64,000 nucleotides of DNA from Lama guanicoe (taxonomy: Eukaryota): positions 21,579,280 through 21,643,279 of the forward strand of contig MU054187.1 in assembly GCA_013239625.1 (NCBI GenBank). Direction: 5' to 3'. Both the position numbers and the translations under genes were made by a program. Below are positions 39,351-52,847 of this stretch, in pieces; within the stretch, counting starts at the first letter, position 1, and every line of letters begins with the position of its first letter. The notes beneath the pieces were generated by a model, which was not told the DNA's origin, did no database searches, and saw only the letters and a list, made by a program, of their open reading frames with translations.

Positions 39351-41590
39351 GGGATTGCATTGAATCACTTTGGATCACATGGACATTTTAACAATATTCA
39401 TTCTTCTAATCCATGCACATGGAATATATTTCCATTTATTTGTACTTGCTCAACTTGTTTCATCAGTGCCTTATGTTTTTCAGTGTACAGATCTGTCATC
39501 TCCTTGATTAAATTTATTTCCAGGGATTTTATTCCTTTTATGATTATACATGAGATTATTTTCTTAATTTTTCTTTATGATACTTTATTATTATCACATA
39601 GAAATGCAACTGATTTTCGTACATTGGTTTTATATGCTGCAATTTCAATGGCACTTTTTGCAGAATTAGAACGAACAACCCTAAAATTTGTATGGAACCA
39701 CAAAAGACCCCAATTAGCCAACTCAATCTTAAATAAGAAAAAGAAAGTTGGCAGTATCATGTGTCTTAACTTCAAAATATATTTCGAAGCTATAGTAATC
39801 AAAACAAAACAGTATAGTATTGGCATAAAAATGAGACATAGATTGATGAAACAGAATAGAGACCCCAGAAGTAAACCCATGCATGTATAGTTGATTCATT
39901 TTCAACAAAAGAGCCAAGAATATACAATGCGGGAAGAGACAGCCTCACCAATAAATGACCTTTGGGAAAACTGGACAGCCACATGCAAAAGAATGAAATC
40001 GGACCACTGTCTTACAACATATACAAAAATTAACTCAAAATAGAATAAAGACTTGAATGTAAGAATGGAAATCATAAAACTCCTAGAAGAAAACACAGGG
40101 GGTAAGCTCCCTGATGTTGATCTTGGCAACACTGTTTTTAGATTTGACACCAAAGCAAAGGTAACAAAGGCAAAATTAAACAACTGGGACTACAGCAAGC
40201 CAAAAATCTTTTGCTCAGCAAAAGAAACCATCAGCAAAATGAAAGGCAACTTATGGAATGGGAGAAAATATCTGCAAACCACATAAGGGATTAATTACAA
40301 AATATACAGGAAACCCATACAATTCAATGATTTAAAAAAGAAATTAATAAATGGGCAGAGGAACTAAACAGACATTTTTCCAAATAAGCTTTATATCTTA
40401 TGTATGCATATATCTTCCATCAGCACACAAATGGCCAACAGGTACATGAAAAAGCACTCAACATCACTAATCATCAAGGAAATACAAATTATTACCACAA
40501 TATATCACCTCACACCTGTTTTAATGGCTGTCATCAAAAAGAGAAAAAATAACTGTTGATGAGGACGTAAAGAAAAGGGAACCATTGCACACTATTGGTG
40601 GGAATGTACATTGGTGCAGTCACTGTGGAAAACATTATTAAAGTTCATCAAAAAATCAAAAATAGAACTACCATGGGATTCAGCAGTTCTACTTCTGGAT
40701 ATATATCTGAAGGAAGCAAAATCACTACTTTGAAGATATATCTGACTCCCATGCTCATTGCCACATTATTTACAATAGCCAAGACACAGAAAAAACCTAC
40801 AAACTAACTGTTCATCAGTGGATGAGTGGATTAAAAAAATGTGAGATGTGTGTGTGTGTGTGTGTGTGTATACACACATACACATATGTACACACATGTA
40901 CACATATATCTATATGTATACATATATCAACAAGGAAGAAAAAGGGGAGGGTATAGCTCAAGTGGTAGAGTAGTTTCTTAGCATCCACAAGGTCCTGGGT
41001 TCAATCTTCAGTACCTCCTCTAAAAAAATAAATAAATAAGTAAACCTAATTACCTTCCCTCACAGAAAAAAACCCACCACCACCACCAACAACAACAAAA
41101 ACCAATAAGGAAGAAAAACCTTGTCAATTGTCATAACATGTTTATACCTTGAGAGCATTATGCTAAGGGAAATGTTAGATAGAGAAAGACAAATACTACA
41201 TAATCTTATTTATATATGGAATCTAAAAAAAAATGAACTCACAGAAAAATGGAGCAGATTGGTGGCTGCCAGAGGCAAGGGGTGTGGGGTGAGTGAAATA
41301 GATAAAGGGGGTCAAAAAGTACAAAATTCTAGTTATAGGAGAAATAAGTTCTGGAGATATAATGCACAGCATAGTGACTATAGTTAATAATAGTGTATCG
41401 AATATTTAAAAGTTGCTAAGAAGGTAGATATTAGAAGTTCTCATCACAAGAAAAACTAGTTTATAATATGAGGTGAGGAATATTAACTAAACTTATTGTG
41501 GTAATCATTTTGCAATATATACATAAATCATTATGTTGTGCACCTTAAACTGATACAATGTTGTCAACTGTATCACAGTAAAACTGGAAG
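39351..41590 (+). mobile_element. LINE-1 3' half with inverted 5' segment (39351-39640 is minus sense)
   Basis: Antisense ORF2 piece GGGATTGCATTGAATC...TATATGCTGC, then sense ORF2 from AATTTCAATGGCAC to the 3'UTR end; degenerate TSD TAAAGTCATGACTA / TAATGTCATGTCTA. Confidence 0.9.
40944..41102 (+). mobile_element. tRNA-Ala-derived SINE (camelid vic-1 type) nested in L1
   Basis: GGGGAGGGTATAGCTCAAGTGGTAGAG (A box), GGGTTCAATC (B box), tail AAACCTAATTACC; TSD CAA(C/T)AAGGAAGAAAAA at 40928-40943 and 41103-41118. Confidence 0.92.
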
Positions 41591-42239
41591 AAGCTAATGT
41601 CATGTCTAATTTTCAGACATTGAAATGAAAGTCACAAGGAAGAGAAGGAGGAAGAGGAGAAGCAGGAGTAAAAGCAGCAGAAGAACATTTATTCTAACCC
41701 GCAGAGTAAATCAAAAGGAAAATTCAGATGATAATCCAAGGCTAACGACTTCTGACTTCACATTGTACTTAATAGCTCGTTCACTCTTCTTGTAATATGA
41801 ATATTTGTTACAGAAATAGCTAAAAATTTCTAAGCTTTTGATTGAAACCAAAAAAAGATCCAAATGGACTCATTAAGTTTTATGCCATTAGTATTATTTT
41901 TCAATTTAGTTACTATATTTTCCCCTTCAGTGAGTCATGGACCAATATATAAGAAATATTCAGGAAGGCAAAGTACTCAGGCAAAAACACAGTGGATAAA
42001 AGCTCAAACAGAACCTTTGTAAAAATCTTAAAATTAATTCTGATACTAAAACCTCTCTCAGATTAATCAGAGAGAGAAAGAGAGAGGGAGAGAAACTAAG
42101 AGAATAATATTGTTACTTTCAAGCAAAAATATAATAAGTATTACCAAAATTTTTATAATTATTCTTGCAAGTCTCAGGAAGATAGATTCATGTTTAATAG
42201 GTCTGTGAAGAAATACAGGGCGCTGCATGGCCTTACAGG

Positions 42240-42425
42240 TGACAGAGCACAGAGGTTAAGAGCCTGGACCTTGGACTATGGAAAAGCCTGGATCCAAATT
42301 CAAGCTCCACCACTTTCTATCTGCATGAAACCTGGCAAATCCCCAATATCTTCGATTCTTAGATTCCTGTTCTATAAACTGAGGGTAACAATAGTACCTG
42401 CCTCATGGGGCTGTGATAGTGTCTG
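42240..42425 (+). mobile_element. MIR SINE fragment
   Basis: AGAGGTTAAGAGCCTGGAC...CCTGGATCCAAATTCAAGCTCCACCACTT...AATAGTACCTGCCTCATGGGG. Confidence 0.8.
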
Positions 42426-43384
42426 CCCATAGCAATTATTAGCTAATAAGATTATCAAAACTAAGACCTCTTAAGCAAAATAGATAACCACTTTAACTTG
42501 CTTATTCAAGGATAAGCTACAAACAATCTCTGCTTCAAAAGACCTTGACTCAGGATTCCCAAGGAGACGCCATGATTTGACAGCCCATAAAGCAAAGCAG
42601 AGGGGAAGGAAAGCTCCAGGGAAAAACTGCCTCTAGCACAAAACTGCCTAGTTCCAGCTCTGCATTTTATTAACACATTGGGAGAAATTTAAAGTAATCT
42701 GGTAACAGTTCTTAAAATGGGATTTTTCTCACATCATTTCAACAGTACCTTTCAACACTCAAGTAAACATATCCATGTCAAACCCAGTCTACCACAAAGA
42801 CCAAATCAGGAGGGAAAATAGTTTTTGTGCTGTCAATCCAAGGCATCACATGAGAATATGTCAGGCATACTCAAAAAGTGCCATGAATATAAAAATTACC
42901 ATTTGAGAGACAGTTATTTGAACAGTTTCATGCCATTTGTCAGAATCAGAAATTAAGTGATTCTTCCAGAAAACTGGAGAATAAAATAGATGAGCTCCTT
43001 TCACAATTGATGGCGTGGAAGGGGGGAAAGAGGTGTGGCTTGTTCATCAGGTTCATTGAAATTTTCAAATTTTGCAAAATACCTTAATAATAAATGTCTC
43101 AGAAGCATGAAGTGACTTTTATAAAAAAAATCATTCTTTGGGCCAAGTACTTGACCTTTTAGTTCTACGTTTTGGATTCTATCAAAACTTTAGCCTTACA
43201 AGGTCTAGCCTGTAGTAAATACACTTCATTAAATAAACAACAATCTTTTAGGCCAAGTGTAACAAGCTTTATTGTCTTCATGGTAAAGCTACCCAAAACT
43301 AAGTGACTCATTCAGAGCCATGCAGGCTCATTAGTGTAGGGGAAAGAGTTAGCCATGCTGGGTTTACACACTAATGACAACCTC

Positions 43385-43500
43385 CCTACCTCTCATTAAT
43401 GACATCTTAAGCTCTTTGAACTTCAGTTTCTTCTTCGTCAAATGAGCATAACAATATCTACTATGAAAGTTGCTGTGACAATATGCTAAATGCATGTGAA
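43385..43500 (+). mobile_element. MIR SINE fragment
   Basis: CTTAAGCTCTTTGAACTTCAGTTTCTTCTTCGTCAAATGAGCATAACAATATCTAC. Confidence 0.6.
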
Positions 43501-45008
43501 GAGGATGGTACTTCTTAGGCCCTCCATACTCAGACATACAAAGAAATCCCACATTTTTAACAAGAATTTGCTGCTTAGAACAAGATTTGGAATTTATTGA
43601 TTGTAGACCACCACAGGTGTCTTCCTGATAACCCAGTAAAGGGAATTTCCTACTTTCTGCAAAAAGATTGGGGCATAACTGAATTTTTAATAACATGGAC
43701 TGTCCCTATCGGAAAACTGACTGCCCATGCAAGACTCCAGATGAGTTAGGATACTGCAGATGCCCACCAGGCAGGTGGTGCACCAACGAGAGCTGAAACC
43801 AAAAGGCAAGGCATGGAGCAGGCAATGGGTCAGGACCTTGGAGAGGGCTCGGGTTCACTGGTTCAGAACAAACACTAGAAAAAATATGCAAGGGCTCATT
43901 ATTGGGGGGTAGGTGGGGAGAAGTTGTTCCATCTTCATCTGAAGCAGTCCTGAGACCCTTTATTCTAAAGATCCTAGGCAGAGTCATGTGGATTCACACT
44001 GTCCCTAGAACTGCCTTATGTTAGCCAATAAAGGTAATGCCACCAAATCTTTCAGTGCCTTCATTGGATGGAGAATTCCTTGCAGTGCTATTGCAGCTCC
44101 AATTGACTGTTTGATTGCCTAAAAGTCCTAAAAGAGAACTGCGACCTTCTTCTCCAGCAACTGTTTATGTATTTGTTATACTCTCTCTCCCAGCTTAGGA
44201 TCAATTACCCAAGCACCCCTCAATCTGGAGGATATATATATTACCCTTTCTCACTTTCTAACAATTCATTCTTCCATCCTACCATCTACTAGCTACTGTT
44301 CTTTCCCTGCAGCTGATTATAATTAATAAATTATAAATTAGATACCTCTCAGTTGCTTCTTCTTAGCAGCATCTTAGCAAGGGCTCTCTGTGGGAGCTTG
44401 GCAAAAAGATTTCTTCAGAAATGGTTCCAAGTAAAAAATTAGTAGTTACCAAGCAATAGAATCCAAATCTTGAACTTCACCATTTTTGGATAAAAACTGA
44501 AGCTGTGAGGATGTGCATCTAGGGACCCCTCTCAAAGAGCCAACACCAGAACCAGTGCCTAGGTCTTTGGATTCTTGTTCAATTTTTGCATTTTATCACA
44601 TGCTTCTCCCTTAAAAGTTCAGTATAATTTAACAAAATGCAGAATACTTTTAGTAGTATTAGACAGAAATTGGTGGGGGGGATGAGCTGATTTTATCAGA
44701 TAGGTTCAGATGAGACAAATGCAGACAGTTAGACACAGGAATCATAGAGGTCCGTGAGGGGTATGGAAAGGATGGATGACTTAAGTCAATTCATTAAATC
44801 ATGAAGCTGCATTCTTGATATACTCCCCAAGAAGACACTTGTAAATGTCACCTAACAACTCTAGTCATCAGATCACAAGTCACTATACAAGCAGGGGAAA
44901 CTATTACCTCCATATCTACCTGCAAATACTAATTGCACAATAATGATGTTTACATAATGAGTCGACTGTGACAGTGAAACAAAAAAAGTCATCTAAGAGT
45001 GTGATTAA

Positions 45009-45443
45009 GGGAAGTGCCAAGATGGCGGAGTAGAGAGACTCACAGTTCACCCTATCCCACAAGTACACCAAGAATTACATCTACAAACCCACTGAATTGC
45101 ACAGAATACCTACTGAACTCTGCCAGACAGTCTCTTGCTTTGAAATACAAGAGGATATTCACAAAATTCAGTAAAAGAAAAAGAAAGAAAAAGAAAATCA
45201 GTGCAGAACCGGTCTTGCAGGGAGCGAAAGGAAAAGGAAGAAAAGCACCCTCATGCCGGGAGGTCAGCAGGGACTGAAGCAGAGCTTCTGAGGCTCAGAG
45301 GAGAAAGCGGCAGACAGAACTAAGAGAAAGAGAAAAGGGTCCCTGCGATCCCCCGCGCTAGATGAGAGCCAGCAGGGACAGGCTGGAACTGGCCGTTGGA
45401 GGTGGGTGGCGGCCTGGGGAGAGGGCTGGGGCTGCTGACCCAA
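45009..45443 (+). mobile_element. Isolated LINE-1 5'UTR start
   Basis: GGGAAGTGCCAAGATGGCGGAGTAG (L1 5' terminus with YY1 motif), GC-rich, no following ORF1. Confidence 0.75.
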
Positions 45444-45840
45444 GGTGGCCTCAGGGCATTGGGGGGCATATGAGCTGAGAGATTTTGAAGAATTTTCCTC
45501 AGATGAATTGCTGGCTCTGATGAGTCCTCACTTGTTTCTCTGCACGACTTTCCTTCCTCCAGTGTTGGACAGAATGACTCCTGGCCTTACATCTTCATGC
45601 CTTGATGTCCAGTGGCTTGGTACAGAAGATTGTAGTGTTCTGGGAAGTTATTCAGAGATTGCTGGCACAAACTTAACTATGCGCAGAAGTGACTGTGAAC
45701 CACATAATATTATCCCACTGCAGTCAAATGAAAGAATCCTCAGCTCATCTTCCCTGGTGTCAGCTCCCAATTGCTTGTGACCCTTCAGCACCATCCAACA
45801 TGAGAAGTGTGACAACTGAGAGTCAGAATGAAAGGAGAGT

Positions 45841-46015
45841 GGGGAGGGTGTAGCTCAGGGGTAGAGTGCCTGCTTAGCATGCACAAGGTCTTGGGTTCAA
45901 TCCCCAGTACTGCCACTAAAAAATACAGTAAAATAAAAAATTAATTAAAAGATACAAAAATAAACCTAATTACCTCCCCCCAAAATAAATAAATTAATTT
46001 AATTAAATATAAATA
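45841..46015 (+). mobile_element. tRNA-Ala-derived SINE (vic-1 type)
   Basis: GGGGAGGGTGTAGCTCAGGGGTAGAGTGCCTGCTTAGCATGCACAAGGTCTTGGGTTCAATCCCCAG plus AAACCTAATTACCTCCCC tail; no TSD seen. Confidence 0.9.
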
Positions 46016-46339
46016 TTTAAACAATAAAATAAACATAAGACCATTTTAACCAATTGCAGTTAAAATATCTTACTTTTGCAAATTTTATGAAAACACATAA
46101 CCTTCTAAGCACATTGATAAGGCCTCTCCCAGGACTTTGGAAGGTGTTCATGCAGCTAAGGGATGCTGAAACTTCATGAGCCGATCCACAAATCTGCAAC
46201 AGTGTACCTGGTTTGTGGCCAGTACTTGGAGCGATGCTGCCCTGCACGCACATACAGAACTTACAGTTGGGCCATACTGGAAGTCTGATGGTTCCCAAAA
46301 GCACCTCACTCTGTTGTGCCTTTACACATACAGCTCTCT

Positions 46340-46690
46340 CTCTCTCTGTGGAGAGTTTTCCAGCAGAGAGATTTCCAGATGAAGGAAACAGCAAGTATAA
46401 AGGCCCTGTGGTAGAAATGTGTTTGGTGAATATGTGGCTTGTAGGTTTGGGCTTCAAGGAGCAACAAAGAAGCCAGTGGTTGGAGAAGAATGAGACAAAA
46501 GAAGAGTAGGACAATATGGAGCCAGACAGATGACCAGGCAGGTCCTGGGACCCTGGTGATATTGCAAAGGCCCTGAGTGTCACTCTTAGCGAGTTGGGGT
46601 GCTGGGCAGAGTTGTGAGCAGAGAGCTGACATGAACTGACTCACAATTTTAAAGTATCATGAGAATAAACTGTGGCTACAAGGGCAAGAA
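46340..46690 (-). mobile_element. LINE-2 fragment
   Basis: TTCCAGATGAAGGAAACAGCAAGTATAAAGGCCCTG...AAGAAGCCAGTGG...GAGCAGAGAGCTGACATGA. Confidence 0.7.
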
Positions 46691-47619
46691 TTATAGTTTA
46701 TTTATCTTTGAGCAAAGGGTGGTGAGGGAATATTATTTTAAAAGTGGCAACAGATTTCCTCTTTAAGGAGAAAATGTCTGTTTAGAAAAATAAAACCCTC
46801 AGGACAGAGGCCATAGTGGACTAAGACGGAGATACAGGATATTAAATTGTTCTGCTTAATGGAGTTGGGAAAATGTGGAGCTCCGAGGTACGTGTGGGAA
46901 GAAGATTAATGGATGGGGAGCCTTTGGAGAGAGTAGGACAGTCCAAGGCAAGAGGACCAGAGATTTCAGGGACAAAGTCAGCTTCCTGTAGTGCTAAGAG
47001 GGACACTTAGGAAGAAAAATATGAAATATTCAATTTTGGATCATCCAAAACATGATCCCAAGATATAGGAAATCCTTTGACAATAAAAAGTCTAACATAC
47101 AAATGCCTTCTGTGGGTCGTGTTTTGAGGAAATGAAGTGTTTTGAGGACAGTGACCATTTTGGGTTGACTTGAGTGGACAGAAAAGTTCAAGAATAGAAG
47201 ACAAGATGAGAGTATAGTCAATAACTCAAGAAATCTAAGTAGAAATAAGAGAAGATCATAGAAAAAATTTCCTGGGGGAGTCACTGGGTATCTTGTCCTA
47301 GCAGGAAGAATTCAAAATATTGCTATTTAAGTAGTAAAGGAAGAATAACTCCAAAGCTGAACTGGATGGAGGCAGGCAATAACAAAATGTAACCACTGGG
47401 GCTACATTAGTATTCCCAGTGCACTGTGTATAATAATAAAGGGCCAGAATGAATTAATCAATCAATGTCAAGGAATAAAATTCATTTAAAAATGAATCTT
47501 GAAATAGCTAACCATGAGTTTTTGCTGGGCAGTGCTAATATTACATCTAATATGCATATATATGAGCTTTAGAGTTCCATTATATTTTTACCTCTCAAGC
47601 ACCATTTATTTTGAGCTTA

Positions 47620-47815
47620 CTGTGTCCAGCTCCTAAGTGCTTTATAAGACCTCTATGACCTAGGTATCATTACTACCCCACTTCAAATACCAGAATGCCA
47701 AGTGTCAGATAAAGTAACTTGCTCAAGTATGCACATCCAGTTGGGGGAGGAGGGTGGGGCAGAGTCAGGATTTGAATTCAGGCTGAGGATTCTAGACACC
47801 ATAGTCTTAATGACC
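47620..47815 (-). mobile_element. MIR SINE fragment
   Basis: TAGGTATCATTACTACCCCACTT...AAGTAACTTGCTCAAG...GCAGAGTCAGGATTTGAATTCAGG. Confidence 0.75.
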
Positions 47816-49524
47816 TCCCTGTATCCTACCATTTCACATGTCACACATCCATCACCATATTTTAGCTCACAAACATGCCATCAATTCAAACTATGGAAAA
47901 GCTGCATCTATTTGGACAAAAGTCTGTAACAGGTACTAAAATGTACAATGGGAAGATATTCAAATCCTGCTAAAAAATTAACAGGTGTTTATATTAGGGG
48001 AAATCTACATATTGTAATACAGAAGAGAAATGAACAAAATGACCTTATTCCATGGGAATGAAAACAAGAAAAAGAAAAAAAAACATGCAGACTCATTACA
48101 GCTTTGAAGATAGACATTTTCTAATGTTCTTTTGAAGCTCTGTGTCTTTAACAGAGCGGTTTGTACCAGCCTGATCCAGGCATGGATGCTGCAGCCATGG
48201 TAGTCTGGAGACAAGGGAACTGGAGGCTGTGTTTCATGGTACAAAAATAAGAGGAATTTTAATCAACATTTCTTGGCCAAGGTTTTTTTCCCTTTCTTTC
48301 TTTCTTTCTTCTTACAGCTGCTTCCAGGATAAATTCAGAATGATGACTCAGCCATCCTGGTCTTGTGGAAGACTCACAGTCACAGTGAAACATGATTAGA
48401 TAATAAAGGAAAGGACAAACTGTCACGAAGAGATTAAGAAAGGAGAGCCCTGAGATGCTGATAAGACTTAAATCTATATTGGCTTTTTTTTTTTTTGTAA
48501 CTGGAAAATGCCACAGCTTACAAAGTAAGTTTGAAGAAGTAATGAGTTTTTTTGCCCTTGAAATACTTTTTTTTGATGAAAAAAGATGAAATTTCAGTAG
48601 TTCAAGTTTTATGATATAATTGACTCTATAAGGAAGGAATAAAAGATCATTGGAAATTAATGAGTGCCCAGTACCTTAGGTATTTCTGTGTCTGTTTGCC
48701 CTCAGGGTTGGCAGCTTTCTTCTAAAAACAGGACCATCTGGGCACCCTTTTCTCTCATTACAAGCTCATGCAATGCAACTACATACATTGAGCATATGAG
48801 CCTTGAAACACCAAAGAGACAGTGGAAATTATTTGTTCATCTAACAAATATAGACAGGACACCCACTATGGGGTAAGCATTAGGACTTGGGATCCAAATT
48901 TAAGAAGACACAGTTTCTAACCTTGACTTACTCACAGCCTAGAGGACAGTCGAACATGGAAGCAAGCAGAACTAAGACTCGACTAGTGTGTACCAGATGA
49001 CCTCTCCACCTGTGTACAGCTGTATCCCTCTTATTATGTTAGTGGCTATGCCACAGTGGTTATTAAGTATTTTTAATATCACCTCTGTAAGCAATTACAA
49101 TGTAATGTGGTTATTTCCTATATTAAAGGCACATATTTAACACCAAAGAAACAGAAAGAAAAGAGATTTATCGCATCTTAAATTGAAATGGATGAATAGC
49201 CTCACGTGCTCTGTGAGCCTCTCTACAAACATACCAGCCCACATTATGAAGAAACACAGATTTTTAATGTTGGAAAGGACTTTATAAACTAGCTAGGCCA
49301 ACCTACAGAGAAAGAGATGGAATGACAAAAATGCTTCAGTGACTTCCTACAATCACCCATCTAGTTAAGACTAGAGTCGGGACGAGGACCCAAGTCTCCT
49401 CATTCCTAGTCCCAAAACTCTCTAAAACTGCTATCCTGCACTAGTCAGTAACTATGTGAGCTTAACTGATCCCTGCTGTTTTATGCTCATGGGCCTGCCT
49501 TTGATGAAGGCTAACAATTTCTCT

Positions 49525-52448
49525 ACTGGAATGGCAGCAACGAGTAGAACAAAACACCTGGTCTTACAGGCATGAGGCCAAATCCCTGTTCTTCCACAGC
49601 AAGGGAAGCAGTGCACATGACTCTGGTCTCCCAGCCACAGCAGATCCTGCAGTCACAGGGAACTAGGCAACAGAGGTAGACTGTGACACTGTCCCCCCAG
49701 CCACAGAGACACCTATGAATCCAGCCCCTGCTGACTGCAGCAAAGACACAAGCAAACCCAACAATACCACATGCGACAGAGGCACCTGTAACCCCAGCTT
49801 CCTCCTCCACCCTCTCCCTCCCCCTGCGCTATGGCAGTGGAGCTCATGACCCAGGCAACCTTGAGTGCAGCATAGGTACTCACCATCCTAGTAGCCCAGG
49901 GGTGACATTAGTGACAGCAAAATGGCAGGAAGGCACCAAGCAGGGGCAAGGAAACCTGGGGGCACCTCTGGCAGAGATGGTGGAGAGTGGAAAATGCTGA
50001 TTGCTAAATAGAGCCAGAAGCAGCTCAGGTAAGAGAAATCAAAACTTGTGCTATGTGATGCCACCTACTGAAAAAAAAAGAAAGACCTCTAATTACTAAC
50101 CTGTTGAACTGAATATTGAAGAAACAATTTAACCTTACATCTAAAGGAACTAGAAGAAGAAGATGTAAGGCCCAAAGTCAGTAGAAGGAAGGAAATAATA
50201 AAGATCAGGACAGAAATAAATGAAATAGAGATTACAAAGACAGTATAAAAGATCAGTGAAACTAAGAGCTGATTCTTTGAAAAGATAAACAAAATTGACA
50301 AATCTTTAGGTAGACCCTCCTAAAGAAAAAAAGAGAGAAGCCTCAGATAAATAAAACCAGAAATGAAAGAGGAGAAATTATTACTGATACTATACAAACA
50401 CAAAAGATTAAAAGAAAATATTATTTAAAAACTGTATGGCAACAAATGGGACAACCTAGAAGAAATGTATAAATTTTTAGAATCATACAACTTTCCAAGA
50501 CTGAATCAAGAAGACACAGAGAATCTAAATAGACTGATTGCTTGTAAGGAGATTAAAACAGCAATCAAAACCTCCCAAAAAACAAAAGTCCAGGACCAGA
50601 TGGCTTCACAGGTGATGAGTTCTACCAAACATTCAAAGAAGATTTAATACCTATTCTTCTCCAACTCATCTGAAAAATTGAAGATGAGGGAACACTTCTT
50701 AACTCATTTCATGAAGTCAGCATTAACCTGATACTGAAACCAGACAAGGACAATACAAAAAAAGAAAGTTACAAGTCAGTATACATGGTGAACATGGATT
50801 CAAAAATCCTCAACAAAATATTAGCAAACCCAATACAACAATAATGTTAAAAGGATCAGGCACCATGATCAAGCAGAATTTATTCCAGAGATGTAAGGAT
50901 GGTTCAACATTCACAAATCAATCAATGGGATACACCATATTAATAAAACAAAGAATAAAAATCACGATTATCTTAATAGATGCAGAAAAAGCATTTGATA
51001 AAATTCAACATCAATTTATAATAAAGACTCTCAATAAAATACGTATAGAAGGAACCTACTTCAACATAACAAAGGCCATATATAGCAAACCCACAACTAA
51101 CATCACACTCAGTGATGAAAAACTTAAAGCTATCCCTCTAAGATTGGGAACAAGACACAGATGCCCACTTCACAACTTTTATTCAACACAATATTGCAAG
51201 TCGTAGCCAGAACAATTAGGCAATAAAAAGAAATAAAAGGCATACATATTGGAAACAGAGAAGTAGAAATGTCATTTGCAAATTACATGATTGTGTATAT
51301 ATATATATATAAACCCTAAAGACTCCACCAAAAAATTATTAGAAATAATAAATGAATACAGTAAAGTTGCAGGGTACAAAACCAATATACAAAAATCTAT
51401 TGTGTTTCTGTATACTAACAATGAACTAGCTGCAAGAGAAATCAAGAAAACAATCACATTTACAACTGCATCAAAACAAATAAAATACCTAGAAATAAAT
51501 TTAACCAAGGAGTACACTGAAAACTATAAGACATTGTTGAAAGAAACTGAACACAACAAAAAGAAATGAAAAGATAGTCTAAGCCCATGGATTGGAAGAA
51601 TTAAATTTATTAAAATGTCATTATTACCTAAAGCAATTTATAGATTCAATGCAATACTTCTCAAAATCCCAAGGACAGTTTTCACAGGAATAGAAAAAAA
51701 AATTTCTAAAATTTGTATGAAACCACATAAGACCCCAAATAGCAAAGCAATCCTGAGGAAAAAGAACAAAGCTGGAGGAATTATATTCCCTGATTTCAGC
51801 TTATACTATAGAGCTAAATTAATCAAGACAGTATGGTCTTGGCAGAGAAACAGACACACAGATGAGTGGAACAAAACTGAGATCCCAGAAATAAACCCAC
51901 ACATACATGAACAATTAATTTATGATGAAGGAGTGAAAAACATACAATGGAGGAAGGATAGTCACTTCAATAAGCAATGTTGGGAAAACTGGACAGCCAC
52001 ATGCAAAAAAATAAATAAATAAAACTAGACCACTATCTTATACTATACGTAAAAATCAACTTGAAGACTTGAATGTAAGATGTGAAACCATAAAACTCCT
52101 GGAAGAAAACACAGACTGTAGGCTTTTTGACATGAGTCTTAGCAATCTCTCTCTGGATTTGTCTCCTCAGGTAAGAGAAACAAAAGCAAACATAACCATA
52201 CGGGACTGCATCAAACTAAAAAGCTCCTGCACAGCAAAGGAAATCATCAACAAAACAAAAAGACAACCTACCAAATGGTAGAAAATACTTGCAATCACAT
52301 CCAACAAAGGCTTAATACCCAAAATGTGTAAAGACCTCATACAACTCAACAACAATGACAACAGCTTGATTTAAAAATAGGCAGAAGATCTGTACAGACA
52401 TTTTTCCAAAGAAGACATACAGATGACCAATAGGCACATGAAAAATGA
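49525..52448 (+). mobile_element. LINE-1: 5'UTR-like segment joined directly to degenerate ORF2; continues at 52856-52955 and 55570-55710
   Basis: GC-rich 49525-50110, then ORF2 peptides ([37 protein letters not shown]); RT FADD motif mutated near 51275. Confidence 0.88.
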
Positions 52449-52847
52449 GGTATTTGTTATTCAAATATTGTTTCTTTTTATATAGGCTTAATTACCTTTA
52501 AAATACTCAATTTTAAGAATGATATTGGTCACACATTTAATGCTATAATGAGATTTACTAATAAAAGCTTTGTTGTTTTGTAAAGCAAACTGAAACTATC
52601 GATCTTATTTTGTTATGAGGAATAAGAAAAGATGGCATTGTTATAGGCATTTCCTTGCAAATGTGAAAGAATTCTACTTTAAGATGGTTGAGATGAATAG
52701 ACAAAAAGAAAATCTAAAAGAAATGGAAATCTTGGCTTTCTTATCCCTTTTCCCTATTGTTCTCTAAACTTAAGTGATAAGTACATGGATTTGCTTGGCT
52801 CTTTCAAGAATGTAAAAGAAATAAATACTAGTAATTTAGACCTTAAA
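52449..52847 (+). pseudogene. Probable retrocopied mRNA 3'UTR fragment inserted in L1
   Basis: Non-L1 AT-rich ~400 bp; AATAAA at 52820-52825, 19 nt before an A run; flanked by AAAAATGA (52441-52448, 52848-52855); L1 continuous on both sides. Confidence 0.55.

Noticed and set aside
39360..39890. 176-aa ORF as a novel protein
   Set aside because: Read-through of antisense plus sense L1 across the inversion junction, with a non-ATG start
45841..45915. tRNA-Ala gene calls here and at 40944 and 60241
   Set aside because: Acceptor stems are mismatched, and A-rich SINE tails (with TSDs in two cases) show they are SINEs
46017..46583. 188-aa minus-strand ORF
   Set aside because: Overlaps an L2 remnant, has a non-ATG start and no recognisable domain
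48283..48530. Strong + strand acceptor at 48317
   Set aside because: The pyrimidine tract is a (CTTT)n simple repeat and no recognisable coding exon follows
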